Shown one piece after another: positions 8,384 to 18,117 of a stretch of 64,000 nucleotides of DNA. The notes under the pieces were generated by a model that did not search any database, had not been told where the DNA came from, and saw only the letters and a program-made list of their open reading frames with translations. Origin of the DNA: an uncultured Pirellulales bacterium. Its GTDB lineage: Bacteria > Planctomycetota > Phycisphaerae > Sedimentisphaerales > SM23-30. The stretch is from contig CAZICK010000008.1 of the NCBI GenBank assembly GCA_964537505.1, forward strand, positions 262 through 64,261, read 5' to 3'. Each line of letters starts with the position of its first letter. The stretch's first letter is position 1. A program made the position numbers and the translations under genes.

Positions 8384-9232
8384 TTATTTCTTCAGGCGAC
8401 GATCTATAACTTTTCCGCCTTTCGCTTCTATCTCGAACATACTTTCAGGTATTTCCTTGTCCGCTTCCAGCACCACAACATGACTCATCAGCTTGCCGGA
8501 GGTGCCGCTAAAGCGTTTGACTTCGTAGATCAACCGTTCTTTTTTGTCCAGAATATATTCAAAGCGATCACCATTCATGGTCGAGACGATCTTCAGGCAC
8601 GATTCTCCTTTATAGATCACCTCTTCGCATCTGAGCACTTCGCTCTTATTGGTAACATCGCCGGACAGCGTGTATGTCTCCGAGAAAAACAGACCTCCCA
8701 ATTCGCTCAGGATCGCCATTTCCGGCCCCGGTCCTTCCGCGTCGCTGATCACCAGGACATTGGTTTTATCGTTATAATTATAGCGTTTACGGCCATCACT
8801 GGTTTGAACAATACCGTCGATCTCCATGCGGAAACTATCAGGCCGTCGCCACCACATTTCGGCAGAGATACCTTTACCGCCGTTGGGCGTGGTCATAGTG
8901 AAATGTATGCTTTGTAATTGAGTAGTTTTTTCTATGGCTGTCGCCCACGCTGCCTGTGGGTCTTCGATGCCCGGGCTTAGCAAAGATATAGCCCCCAGGA
9001 AGATGGCAAAAACCGCCGCTGCCGCCAGAGCTGCCCTAATCGCAAAACGCAGCTTTACTCCAACAAATGACGCCTCTTTGCCCACGGACGCCTCCAGGGC
9101 CCATTGATCCGCCGGAAGCGACTCAAGAAGCTGACGGCGCAACTGCGTATGTCCCTGAGTAAATTCTTCGTAGCGACGCACTAGATTGTTATCGAAGGTA
9201 TCCATATTTTTTTCGTTTCTCTCATGTGCCAT
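8384..9232 (-). CDS. Putative anti-sigma factor: one TM span plus a LolA-like/outer-membrane-lipoprotein-sorting-like periplasmic domain
   Basis: The gene starts 7 nt after the ECF sigma stop. A cytoplasmic N-terminal segment is followed by a TM span (AALAAAAVFAIFLGAISLL) and a roughly 190-aa beta-rich domain. Confidence 0.55.
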   Translation of the reverse strand: MAHERNEKNMDTFDNNLVRRYEEFTQGHTQLRRQLLESLPADQWALEASVGKEASFVGVKLRFAIRAALAAAAVFAIFLGAISLLSPGIEDPQAAWATAIEKTTQLQSIHFTMTTPNGGKGISAEMWWRRPDSFRMEIDGIVQTSDGRKRYNYNDKTNVLVISDAEGPGPEMAILSELGGLFFSETYTLSGDVTNKSEVLRCEEVIYKGESCLKIVSTMNGDRFEYILDKKERLIYEVKRFSGTSGKLMSHVVVLEADKEIPESMFEIEAKGGKVIDRRLKK

Positions 9233-9239
9233 GTGATTC

Positions 9240-9773
9240 TCAACTCTCCGGGTTTCCTATGTATTTTTCGATTTTCTTCCTCGCTTTGGCCAGCAGACGA
9301 TAAAGTCCGCTACGTGACATTCCTAAAATCTTTTGAGCCTGCTCAGCGTCCTGCTCCTGTAAATAATAAACGTGCAAAGCCAGTCGCTCCTGCTCGTTCA
9401 GCTTGCTGATCGCTTCTTTCAAGTCCAGTAGTTGCTCATCTGAGTCGCTTTTCTGGGCCGTTATCGTTTCCGCCGGGTTCAAACCTGCCAGGACGTGCCT
9501 GTCTCTCAGTCGGCCTCGAATATATTCCCGGCAAACATTTCGTGCCATACCCACCAGCCACGGCCCGAATCGATCCGGATCAGCCAGCTTATTCAGTTTT
9601 ACATAGGCTCTTAAAAACACCTCCTGACCCAAATCCTGGGCCCCGGTCACATCTCTGGTAACATCATAACAAACAGCCCGAATCAATGCGGCATATCGGT
9701 CGTAAAGTTCTCCGAAAGCCGCCTTGTCACCTTCCAGCGTCTTAAGTACCAAAGTCGCATCCGAAACGCTCAA
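9240..9773 (-). CDS. ECF-type RNA polymerase sigma factor
   Basis: Region 2 reads FGELYDRYAALIRAVCYDVTRDVTGAQDLGQEVFLRAY and region 4 reads EQDAEQAQKILGMSRSGLYRLLAKARKK. It has a TTG start with a GGAGG SD. Confidence 0.85.
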   Translation of the reverse strand: MSVSDATLVLKTLEGDKAAFGELYDRYAALIRAVCYDVTRDVTGAQDLGQEVFLRAYVKLNKLADPDRFGPWLVGMARNVCREYIRGRLRDRHVLAGLNPAETITAQKSDSDEQLLDLKEAISKLNEQERLALHVYYLQEQDAEQAQKILGMSRSGLYRLLAKARKKIEKYIGNPES

Positions 9774-10105
9774 CCCGGCACCTCCTGTCCCAGCCAGACT
9801 ACATGCCAGCCGAAACAGACGCTCATTACTCGGCCTTTCATATTACTTAGTGGCCGAACGTCTGTGATTCGTCCCAAAAAAGTTGGTAAAAAAAACTCAT
9901 ATTTCATGGCAAAACACCACAACTCTTTTATTCGCAAAGAGTTATACAATTTAAGCGTATCGGAATTTGTATTTAACTTACGTTCTCTCGATAGGTTAAC
10001 ACAATACCATCGGTACTTTTCCGGCTTGATTTTCGTAATTCCTTTACTCGAAACGAATTATAGAAAATATGAAACAAAATCCTTATAGCGGTCAGGTATT
10101 AACTC

Positions 10106-10135
10106 TTGACATTACCATACCCTAAACTCTATACT
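10106..10135 (+). promoter_or_regulatory. Sigma70-type promoter upstream of hflX
   Basis: The sequence reads TTGACA-N18-TATACT. Confidence 0.4.
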
Positions 10136-10208
10136 CCATGAAGAGATATTCGTACAGTTATGTTCGGATTTTTACTTTATCGCTCTTGAGCGCTATTTGT
10201 TGTAACCA

Positions 10209-11528
10209 TTGGAAAATAAAAGAAATAACCTCAAAGTGGCCAGTGAGACCGCCCTACTGGTTCACGTGGAATTACCGGGCAGTTCGCTGGGCGCTGTCCA
10301 ATCGCTTGCCGAGTTGGAATCGCTCGCCGAAGCCGCTGGGGCTATAGTATTGGGGCGTGTCCGACAGAAGCGGAGCAGGGTCAGCCCCGCTCTGTACATC
10401 GGTAAAGGCAAGGCTGAGGAGATCGCTCAAAAAGTTGAGCAGGATGGTGTCGATGTCGTCATATTCGATAACGACCTTTCTCCAGCCCAGATCCGCGAAC
10501 TCGAAAAAATCATCCACTGCAAGGTTCTGGACCGCAGCGAGCTTATCCTTGATATTTTTGCTTCCCGAGCCCGCACGGCCGAGGCCAGGATGCAGGTGGA
10601 GTTGGCTCAACTGGAATACACCTACCCTCGTCTGGCCCACATGTGGTCGCATCTGGATACCGTCGTGGGCGGTGGTGGCGCCGGCGCGATTGCTGCGGTC
10701 GGCGGTATCGGCACCAGAGGTCCTGGCGAATCTCAGCTTGAGATCGACCGACGGCTGGTCAATAAACGTATCGCCGCCTTGCGCCGCCAAATCGAGCAGG
10801 TTGACGAACGCAAAAAACGCCAGGTTCAGTCTCGCAGTGAACATTTTACTGTCGGACTTGTCGGTTATACCAACGCCGGCAAAACCACGCTCATGAACAC
10901 CCTGACCGGCACCAACGCCTTTGTCGCCGATCAGCTTTTCGCCACCCTGGATACCAAGACCGCCCGCTGGAATCTGGGCGGTGATCTGTACGCTTTGCTC
11001 AGTGATACGGTAGGTTTTGTCCGCAATCTGCCTCATAAGCTGGTCGCTTCATTTCGGGCCACGCTGGAAGAAGCCATTCACGCTGATCTTTTGCTTCACG
11101 TTGTGGACATCTCTCACCCTCAAGCCGACTCGCAGATCGAAGCGGTGAACAGTGTACTGGCCGATCTGCACTGCGACGAAAAAGACATCCTACTGATCTT
11201 CAACAAGATTGACGTGCCCGGTCTTGCCAGTCGTTGTGATACCTTTACTACTCTTTATCCCGACGCGATTGCTCTTTCTGCCCGCACCGGCGTCGGAATC
11301 GATCAGCTTATTGAAACCGCCAGCACCTACGTCACCGGAGAAATATTGCATCTGCGGGTCATTTGCAGCCAGGCCAACGGTCGCATACGTGGCTATCTGC
11401 ACACCCACGGCACCATCATTGCCGAGGAATACACCGATTCCCAGATTATTTTCGAAGCCCGTCTCGGCCGACGGCAACTACCCGGTCTGAAAAATCTCAA
11501 GCCCCTGACCTGCGAAATTATCTTGTAG
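10209..11528 (+). CDS. hflX: GTPase HflX
   Basis: G1 is GYTNAGKTTLMN, G3 is DTVGF and G4 is NKID. The N-terminal HflX domain is present (GKGKAEEI). The start is uncertain (TTG at 10209 or GTG at 10236). Confidence 0.9.
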   Translation: MENKRNNLKVASETALLVHVELPGSSLGAVQSLAELESLAEAAGAIVLGRVRQKRSRVSPALYIGKGKAEEIAQKVEQDGVDVVIFDNDLSPAQIRELEKIIHCKVLDRSELILDIFASRARTAEARMQVELAQLEYTYPRLAHMWSHLDTVVGGGGAGAIAAVGGIGTRGPGESQLEIDRRLVNKRIAALRRQIEQVDERKKRQVQSRSEHFTVGLVGYTNAGKTTLMNTLTGTNAFVADQLFATLDTKTARWNLGGDLYALLSDTVGFVRNLPHKLVASFRATLEEAIHADLLLHVVDISHPQADSQIEAVNSVLADLHCDEKDILLIFNKIDVPGLASRCDTFTTLYPDAIALSARTGVGIDQLIETASTYVTGEILHLRVICSQANGRIRGYLHTHGTIIAEEYTDSQIIFEARLGRRQLPGLKNLKPLTCEIIL

Positions 11529-11530
11529 TC

Positions 11531-12637
11531 TCAGACGTATCCCTCAATCAATGTATCGCCATCGAATTGTTGGGTGTTAACATCTTCGAGTTTGTCTAAC
11601 TCGTCGGCAAAATCGATAGTCGGGACATCTTCGCCGCCGCCGATGACGACCGGGGCGATATAGACCATTACTTTATCGGCCAGTCGCTGCTGCCAGAACG
11701 CCTTTAATACCGTCGGACCACCTTCCACCAGTAAATCTGTCAGACCGCGCGAACCCAAATCGGTCAGCACCGCCACAAGATCGACCCGCCCGTGATGATC
11801 GCTTACCGGCGTCACCTGGCAGCCGAGGTCATTGAGCATTTTGACTTTTTCATGTTCTTTATCGACCGTCGCTTGCAGCGTATATATTATCACCGGCGTA
11901 TCGCCGGTCGTCTGTGCCAGTTTACTTTCAGGGGGCATCGCCAATTTGCTGTCGAGCACCACCCGTATCGGTTGGATGGTTTTCTTTTCTGCCAGGCGCA
12001 CCGTCAGCAGTGGATCGTCGGCCTTGACCGTTCCTATTCCCACCAGTATCGCTCCGCACCGGCTGCGCAACTGGTGTACGTGATGCCGTGACTTTTCGTT
12101 GGTGATCCATCGCTGCCGCGAGCCGCTCGGCCAGGCCAGTTTGCCGTCGGTGCTTTGTGCCCATTTCAATATTACCTGGGGTTGGCCGGTTTTGAGCAAT
12201 TTGAAAAAACCGGCGTTGAGCCGCCGGGCTTCCTTTTGGCAGCAGCCCACGGTCACGTCGATTCCGTGGTCACTGAGCCACTTTGCCCCATTGCCTGCCA
12301 CCTGCTCAAATTCATCCAGCGTGGCTATTTCTACGCGTGCAATCCCCGCCTGGGCTATCGCTTCGGTGCATGGGCCGGTCTTGCCGTGATGGCAGCATGG
12401 CTCTAATGTGACAAACATCACCGACCCGGCCGGATTGTTACCTTTGCTGTGGCAGTCACTTATCGCTTCGACCTCCGCGTGAGGCCCACCGTAGCGTCTG
12501 TGATAGCCCTGTCCAATCACCAGGTCGTCTTTGACAATCACCGCCGCCACCTGCGGGTTTGGCGCCACCTGCCCTGCCCCTTTTGTCGCCAAACGCAGTG
12601 CCTGGCGCATATATTTTTCCATCTGGCTCTGGTCCAT
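11531..12637 (-). CDS. ribD: Bifunctional riboflavin biosynthesis deaminase/reductase RibD
   Basis: The deaminase zinc motifs HAEVEAI and PCCHHGKTGPC are present, followed by a C-terminal reductase domain. Confidence 0.9.
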   Translation of the reverse strand: MDQSQMEKYMRQALRLATKGAGQVAPNPQVAAVIVKDDLVIGQGYHRRYGGPHAEVEAISDCHSKGNNPAGSVMFVTLEPCCHHGKTGPCTEAIAQAGIARVEIATLDEFEQVAGNGAKWLSDHGIDVTVGCCQKEARRLNAGFFKLLKTGQPQVILKWAQSTDGKLAWPSGSRQRWITNEKSRHHVHQLRSRCGAILVGIGTVKADDPLLTVRLAEKKTIQPIRVVLDSKLAMPPESKLAQTTGDTPVIIYTLQATVDKEHEKVKMLNDLGCQVTPVSDHHGRVDLVAVLTDLGSRGLTDLLVEGGPTVLKAFWQQRLADKVMVYIAPVVIGGGEDVPTIDFADELDKLEDVNTQQFDGDTLIEGYV

Positions 12638-12773
12638 ATTCCCATTATAACCTACTCAAGGCCCAATACCACCCTGCGGATAATCCGCTTTTTTGCCTTG
12701 TTATTCTCTGGTTTTCTTGCTAGAATCTCAGCAACATGGAGGGTTTTTTGTTTTATGTTGTTAGGAGAGTACC

Positions 12774-13004
12774 ATGCAGTTAACAGAGTCCATTTTGGCC
12801 GAGGCCACCACTGACACCACCAAACAGATAGGGGAAATTTATCGGCAGTTTAATCTGCTGCCGGATCGGGGTTTACAGATTATGTGGGTCTTGATAATAG
12901 TGATTTCCATGGCGGTCATTGCGATTTTCCTGCGCCAGAAAGAAATCGCCAAAAATCAGGTGAATTTGGCCAAGCTGATCGAGCGACTAGTCGATAAAGA
13001 GTAG
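12774..13004 (+). CDS. Small single-span membrane protein, unknown function
   Basis: The 76-aa product has a central TM span (IMWVLIIVISMAVIAIFL). I recognise no motif. Confidence 0.35.
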   Translation: MQLTESILAEATTDTTKQIGEIYRQFNLLPDRGLQIMWVLIIVISMAVIAIFLRQKEIAKNQVNLAKLIERLVDKE

Positions 13005-13128
13005 TGTTATAAAGGCTTAGCAGGCAACAATAAAACGTATAACCGAACGATGATCGCTGGTTTTGTGGGCGATGGTTTTGTGCGTTACAAAAACAGTGGG
13101 TTTTTGCAACGCAAAGGAGCAAAAAAAT

Positions 13129-15102
13129 ATGGAAAAAACAACAAATTTGGCAAAATTGTTACTGGTTTTGATTGTCTTTTGCCTATCATCCGGTTTGGTA
13201 TGGGCCGATAATTCGCCGGTAATTCTGCAAATCAGCAACAACGACGAGATCGCCGGGAATATCGCGATAGAGTTGTTTCCCGATGATGCTCCTGTCACTG
13301 TGGAAAATTTCCTGAAATATGTCAATGATGGTTTCTACGATGGTCTTGTCTTTCATCGGGTTATCAATGGCTTTATAATTCAGGCGGGTGCTTTTTATCC
13401 TGACCTGAGCTATAACACCCCTACGTATCCCAATATCATAAATGAAAGCGCTAATGGTCTGAGCAATTTACGCGGCACGCTTGCCATGGCACGCATTTAC
13501 GCGGCGGACTCGGCCAGTTCTCAGTTTTTCATCAATCAGGATGACAATATCGGTCTGGACCGCGCCTACGCCTACGACGGTGTTGGTTATTGTGTTTTAG
13601 GTAAGGTCATCGACGGTATGGACCTGGTTGACGCCATTGCCGAGACGCCCACTGATTTAGCCTGGTTTCCCTATTATAACAGTTTGATGAACTATGTTCC
13701 GCAAACGCCCGTGGTCATCGAGCAGGCTTATGTACGCATTTTCACTGCCGATAGTTGTGATCTGAGCGATGTTCCTTTTCTCTGTGCTAAGCCCGGTGAG
13801 GTTCGTACATATCGCGGCCAGGGAGGTTTGACCAGGCATGGCTATGTCCAAAGGGCTTCCTACCAGCAGATGCTGGGTGTCAACTGTCTGAGAATTGATG
13901 AAAGCTATAACCCGCGGATAAATGAGGAGAGTTTCTGTATTCTGGCGGCCCGGGACACTCGCGGTAACTGCTGGATATTTATGCTGGTCGAAAATGGCCA
14001 AGTCCAATTCAAGGCTCAATCACTTCAGCAGATTATACCTTTCAGCACCATGGACAATTCTTATTTTAGTTTGATGACCGAGAACTATGATCAGGATGAG
14101 CACGTTCTGCCGAACCTGAGCGCCGAGGCGGCTGAGAAGTTTGAAGATTTTGAAGGTGAAACCGTTTTAGTAATAGATGTTGACGATGACGATACTGAGA
14201 CCGGGCAGTCATATTATAACGAGACTATGGGGCTGGTTCTGAAGGTTTTGGATAGTACCGGCGATCTCGACGGCGATGGTTGGTTTCTCGACCAGCAGCC
14301 TACAGCGATAACCATTAGCAAGAGCAGTTTCAAGGCCGGTAAGACAGCGCAAAGCGATTCCTTCAGTGTCGCGGGAATTGTTGACGACCTGCCCACAGAT
14401 GAGCAAGCCGAACCAGCCGATTTTCTTTCCCTTCGAGTGGGGCCATATACCGTTGATATCGATCTGGAGGCTGATGGCTGGAAAGACAGCGATACCAGCC
14501 ACAGTTACAAAGGTTCGACCGATGGGACGGATCAGCTTACTTTTAATGTCAGTACGAAAAAGAATACCTTCTCCATCGCAGGCAAGAAAGTCGATCTTTT
14601 TGGTTTGAGTTATCCCATTGCGGTTGAGATTGCCATCGGCGATTATCACGCTATGGGGCTGGTTCCCGAGCAGGGCAAGGCTCTGCCTATAACGTTCTTA
14701 AGCGGCTATGGTGATTTTATGCGTGTTATGGCCAAAAATGTCAAACTCAAACTCGACAAAAAAGGGCGGGAAAACGCTGACTCACTTACCGTTCAAGGCG
14801 AACTTGCCCTTGAGGATGGCTTTGTGAATCTGAACGAACAGGAGGTGACCGTTTACTGGGGCGAGACTTACGGTGACTCCATCCCCATCGGCGGGTTGAT
14901 CCGAAAAGGCCCGGGCAATAAATACACATACAAAAAAGCAAAAGATTTCGGCGGTACCATCAGCAGTGCATTGTTTGATCTCGACAAAGGGATATTTAAA
15001 ATCGTTGTCAAAAATGCCTCACTCGGTCCCGAACCAGACGGTGCTGTTGAGTTTACTTTGCAAATTGGCGATTTCATGCAAATCGTGCCTGTGGAGTTAT
15101 GA
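13129..15102 (+). CDS. Secreted cyclophilin-type peptidyl-prolyl isomerase fused to a ~450-aa acidic C-terminal extension
   Basis: An AAGGAG SD sits 9 nt before the ATG at 13129. The signal peptide is LLLVLIVFCLSSGLVWA. Cyclophilin motifs are FHRVINGFIIQAG and GTLAMAR...SQFFIN. The C-terminus holds two ~115-aa repeated modules. Confidence 0.8.
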   Translation: MEKTTNLAKLLLVLIVFCLSSGLVWADNSPVILQISNNDEIAGNIAIELFPDDAPVTVENFLKYVNDGFYDGLVFHRVINGFIIQAGAFYPDLSYNTPTYPNIINESANGLSNLRGTLAMARIYAADSASSQFFINQDDNIGLDRAYAYDGVGYCVLGKVIDGMDLVDAIAETPTDLAWFPYYNSLMNYVPQTPVVIEQAYVRIFTADSCDLSDVPFLCAKPGEVRTYRGQGGLTRHGYVQRASYQQMLGVNCLRIDESYNPRINEESFCILAARDTRGNCWIFMLVENGQVQFKAQSLQQIIPFSTMDNSYFSLMTENYDQDEHVLPNLSAEAAEKFEDFEGETVLVIDVDDDDTETGQSYYNETMGLVLKVLDSTGDLDGDGWFLDQQPTAITISKSSFKAGKTAQSDSFSVAGIVDDLPTDEQAEPADFLSLRVGPYTVDIDLEADGWKDSDTSHSYKGSTDGTDQLTFNVSTKKNTFSIAGKKVDLFGLSYPIAVEIAIGDYHAMGLVPEQGKALPITFLSGYGDFMRVMAKNVKLKLDKKGRENADSLTVQGELALEDGFVNLNEQEVTVYWGETYGDSIPIGGLIRKGPGNKYTYKKAKDFGGTISSALFDLDKGIFKIVVKNASLGPEPDGAVEFTLQIGDFMQIVPVEL

Positions 15103-15201
15103 TCCGCAATTTTTCGGATTTGCCACAGCCAAACAAGATGAGACGGCCGTTTGTACGGTGTATTGTGGAGGGGGGCTGCGGTACGTTATTTTCGCAACAG
15201 T

Positions 15202-17988
15202 CTAATTAACGTCGATGTGATAATTAACGCGTTTGGTTCCTTTTGGGTCGTCCAGTCCTATTCTGATGATTTTCCCCCGCCATTTTCGTGCGTCTCTGAC
15301 CAGATATGCTTTTGTCACGGTTGCTCCCGGTTGTAGCTGTGGTATGGAGCGTTCCAGATGGCTCTGGTCGGGAAGGTCCACGAAACTGCGCAGACTCACT
15401 TCATTATCGGACTCGTTGGTGACCACCTGCTGTATGAGAAGATCGCTTTGGCCGATTCGCCTGGTAAAAAGATTAACGTCAATTCCAAGCAGGCTGATTT
15501 CAAATGGAATCCGGGTTTGTATATTATAACTTCGATTAGCATCGATACTAAAGAGTATCTTCAGGTCTTTTTTCCCACCCAATTCGTTGCTTGGAAACTT
15601 CACGGTAACCTGTTGTTCGAATACCTGGTTAGGCTGCAGTACGAAGTCCAACGTGCTCGGATCGACCCTCCAGTTTCTATAACAAGGTTCGTTCAGCATA
15701 AAGCGAAGTCGCCCGGAAACAGGCGTATTAAACGGATTGACAAATTTTAATTGCAGACGTTGTCGCGAGATGCTCGCGTCGAGTACCGACGGGGTCAGTT
15801 CCAGGCTCGAACGCAGCATAGCGATTCGGCTGTCAATCTTGCTTATCAGAACCGGCCACTGGGTCAAACGAAACCTGGTTATTCTGTTTTGCTCTGACAA
15901 TTCCGTACGATTTCCAAACAGATCAACCATTTCCGGCGATTCGCCCAGGTAGAATTGCAACTCAGGTGGTTCATCTGGGCTTTGCGGATCGTAATTTTCG
16001 TTCCAGGTAAAAAGACATCCTTGACCGTCTCCGTCAAAGACGAGAGCCGGAATCCCCGGCTGAATCTCAAACTCACCTACATAACGCATCGATCCCAACT
16101 GATCGGCCAGTGTCCGAAACACCAAAAACAGTTCCGTCGGTTCGGTTACCGTACGTGCGTTACTTTGCCTTTGCTCCCAGGGGTGATCTATAAAAATTGC
16201 CTCGGCATGTCCTTTTTTCGCGTATGCGATTCGCTTGGCAAAGTCGATCAGCACCTCCCGGCGATGGTAGTCTTTCAAACTAAGCGGTTCGATGGTTGCC
16301 CATATATCATTCAATCCTCTTCCCTGGCTGCTCTGCAAATATGCCGGAATTTCTTTCGGCGATATCGCCGATGATATTTTCATCGCCACATACGAGGTTC
16401 CGAGTTGTCCGGCGTTTATCTCTAACATACCGTCCAAAGATGCCGCTATGACCGTATTGCGTACTATATCATCAAACTCTTTGCGTATTGTATCAATCAC
16501 CGGCCGTATCCGCGGATCCCATTTGCCCCAGCCCCTGTCGAAATCGCCTCCTATCTGCCAGAACGGTATCTGGCGTGCATATTGCGCCAGGACAAACGCT
16601 ACCGGTAAACGCCACAACTCAACATCCTGACTAAGCACATTCAGCAAATCGCGTTGTTTGATATCCATCTTCATCGCCAGGCTGTCAGGCACTTCTGAAA
16701 ACACCGCTACAACCTGAATGTTCTGCCGTTGCAGATCGATTAGTCTTAAATCGAAATCTTTCTCCAAAAAACCTTCTTCGTCATGGCGGCGCCATACGGG
16801 CAGTTTCAACAGTTTCGCGTTTGCCATTTTCGTAAGGTTTATCTGGGTATTCCAGTCTCCCTCGTTTTTTTCCATTTTTATTATTCCAAATCCCTTGCCG
16901 CTCCATGCATCCCCTCCGCTGAATTTCGCCAGTTTGGCAAATGTCAGCCTTCGCGTAGCCACTAACGTATCGGCAGTAAGAATCTCCAATTGCCCGTTGT
17001 ATAGACCTGCCGGAATATTTTCCAGCCGAATTGTCCGAACATTACTTTGACCTTCCACTCCTGTGAGCATCCATTTGTCGTTCCATATCAACCGCCCATC
17101 GGACGCCCGGACGGTCAAACGTATGTAATAGTCCAGAATACCCACTCCTTCTACTTCTACCTCCAACAGGGCAGTCTCATCTCCGTCAAAAACATTGCTG
17201 TCACGATCTGTTCGCAAAATTACCCTGGGCAACTGATAGATCGCAATATCATCAAACCAGGCCAAGGCTTTGACGTTGTTCTGGAATATCTGTGATACCG
17301 CAATGTCTTCACTGTTCCATTGCTCTTCCTGCAGCACCCACAGTCCCACGGTGATGTAGCGAGCATCGGGAAATTGTCCCGGTACATACACCTCCAGCCG
17401 AGCCCAGCCGTCCTGGGCCTGATCATCCTGCCCGATCAGTTGGGAAACATGTGGACTGCCGGGTATTATTCGCCCTAACCGGTCAACCAGTGCACAACTT
17501 ATCTGCGCCCGACAGTTCTTACCGTATTCAAAGTGAACGTATCCGGTAACTTGAAAATCACTGCCAGACTTGGCCCGGATCTGCCGCCTGTCATAGGCGA
17601 AAGCCACACTGGCTCCGTCCGGGACAAGCTCGAAACTGTATTGGCCACTGCGATGATGTTCGCTATCCAACTGACCCGTCGAGTAGTGCGGAAAACCTTC
17701 CGCCGTCATAGAGTATTGCTGAAAATCTTCTTCCAGCACCATCTTAGACCAGTGCATCGGTTGCGGCAGAAAGTGTATCCCACGTTCCTCAAAGTCGAAG
17801 ATTTGCATCATCCGCTGGCCGGTCAGTTTGGCCCTGCTGGTGTCCGGCTGATGTGACGCATCCTCTGACCCAGGCTGCTCCTGAGCGAGGAGAACCGGCC
17901 CATCAACTGCCATTGGCAGCACTAACCACAGTAATAACAACCATTTATGCAAAATACGCATTTTCTGCTTTGCCTCTGGTCCTTCCAA
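15202..17988 (-). CDS. Large secreted protein of unknown function (928 aa)
   Basis: The signal peptide is MRILHKWLLLLWLVLPMAV. The ATG at 17961 is the more likely start. No catalytic motif is recognisable. Confidence 0.6.
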   Translation of the reverse strand: MEGPEAKQKMRILHKWLLLLWLVLPMAVDGPVLLAQEQPGSEDASHQPDTSRAKLTGQRMMQIFDFEERGIHFLPQPMHWSKMVLEEDFQQYSMTAEGFPHYSTGQLDSEHHRSGQYSFELVPDGASVAFAYDRRQIRAKSGSDFQVTGYVHFEYGKNCRAQISCALVDRLGRIIPGSPHVSQLIGQDDQAQDGWARLEVYVPGQFPDARYITVGLWVLQEEQWNSEDIAVSQIFQNNVKALAWFDDIAIYQLPRVILRTDRDSNVFDGDETALLEVEVEGVGILDYYIRLTVRASDGRLIWNDKWMLTGVEGQSNVRTIRLENIPAGLYNGQLEILTADTLVATRRLTFAKLAKFSGGDAWSGKGFGIIKMEKNEGDWNTQINLTKMANAKLLKLPVWRRHDEEGFLEKDFDLRLIDLQRQNIQVVAVFSEVPDSLAMKMDIKQRDLLNVLSQDVELWRLPVAFVLAQYARQIPFWQIGGDFDRGWGKWDPRIRPVIDTIRKEFDDIVRNTVIAASLDGMLEINAGQLGTSYVAMKISSAISPKEIPAYLQSSQGRGLNDIWATIEPLSLKDYHRREVLIDFAKRIAYAKKGHAEAIFIDHPWEQRQSNARTVTEPTELFLVFRTLADQLGSMRYVGEFEIQPGIPALVFDGDGQGCLFTWNENYDPQSPDEPPELQFYLGESPEMVDLFGNRTELSEQNRITRFRLTQWPVLISKIDSRIAMLRSSLELTPSVLDASISRQRLQLKFVNPFNTPVSGRLRFMLNEPCYRNWRVDPSTLDFVLQPNQVFEQQVTVKFPSNELGGKKDLKILFSIDANRSYNIQTRIPFEISLLGIDVNLFTRRIGQSDLLIQQVVTNESDNEVSLRSFVDLPDQSHLERSIPQLQPGATVTKAYLVRDARKWRGKIIRIGLDDPKGTKRVNYHIDVN

Positions 17989-18117
17989 ATGTTTTACCTT
18001 CTGGCCGATACCATTATGCCATAATTTTCCAAGTTCAATAATCCATATCTTCGATCCTGGCGTTAAAGGCCAACTTCAAGAGATTATTATGGGACTCTCA
18101 AGGGTTTATCGACCAAA

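Noticed and set aside
7944-9800. A genomic island integrated at tRNA-Pro
   Set aside because: No integrase is present. I could find no direct repeat of the tRNA 3' end downstream. The flanking genes are an ordinary ECF sigma/anti-sigma operon with its own terminator.
10272-11036. A 254-aa minus-strand ORF antisense to hflX, and similar antisense ORFs over the TetR gene (24689-25348), the HDOD gene (25649-26260), pmm (40585-41244) and panE (39167-39892)
   Set aside because: In each case the opposite strand carries clear family motifs. The antisense products have biased composition and lack ribosome-binding sites.
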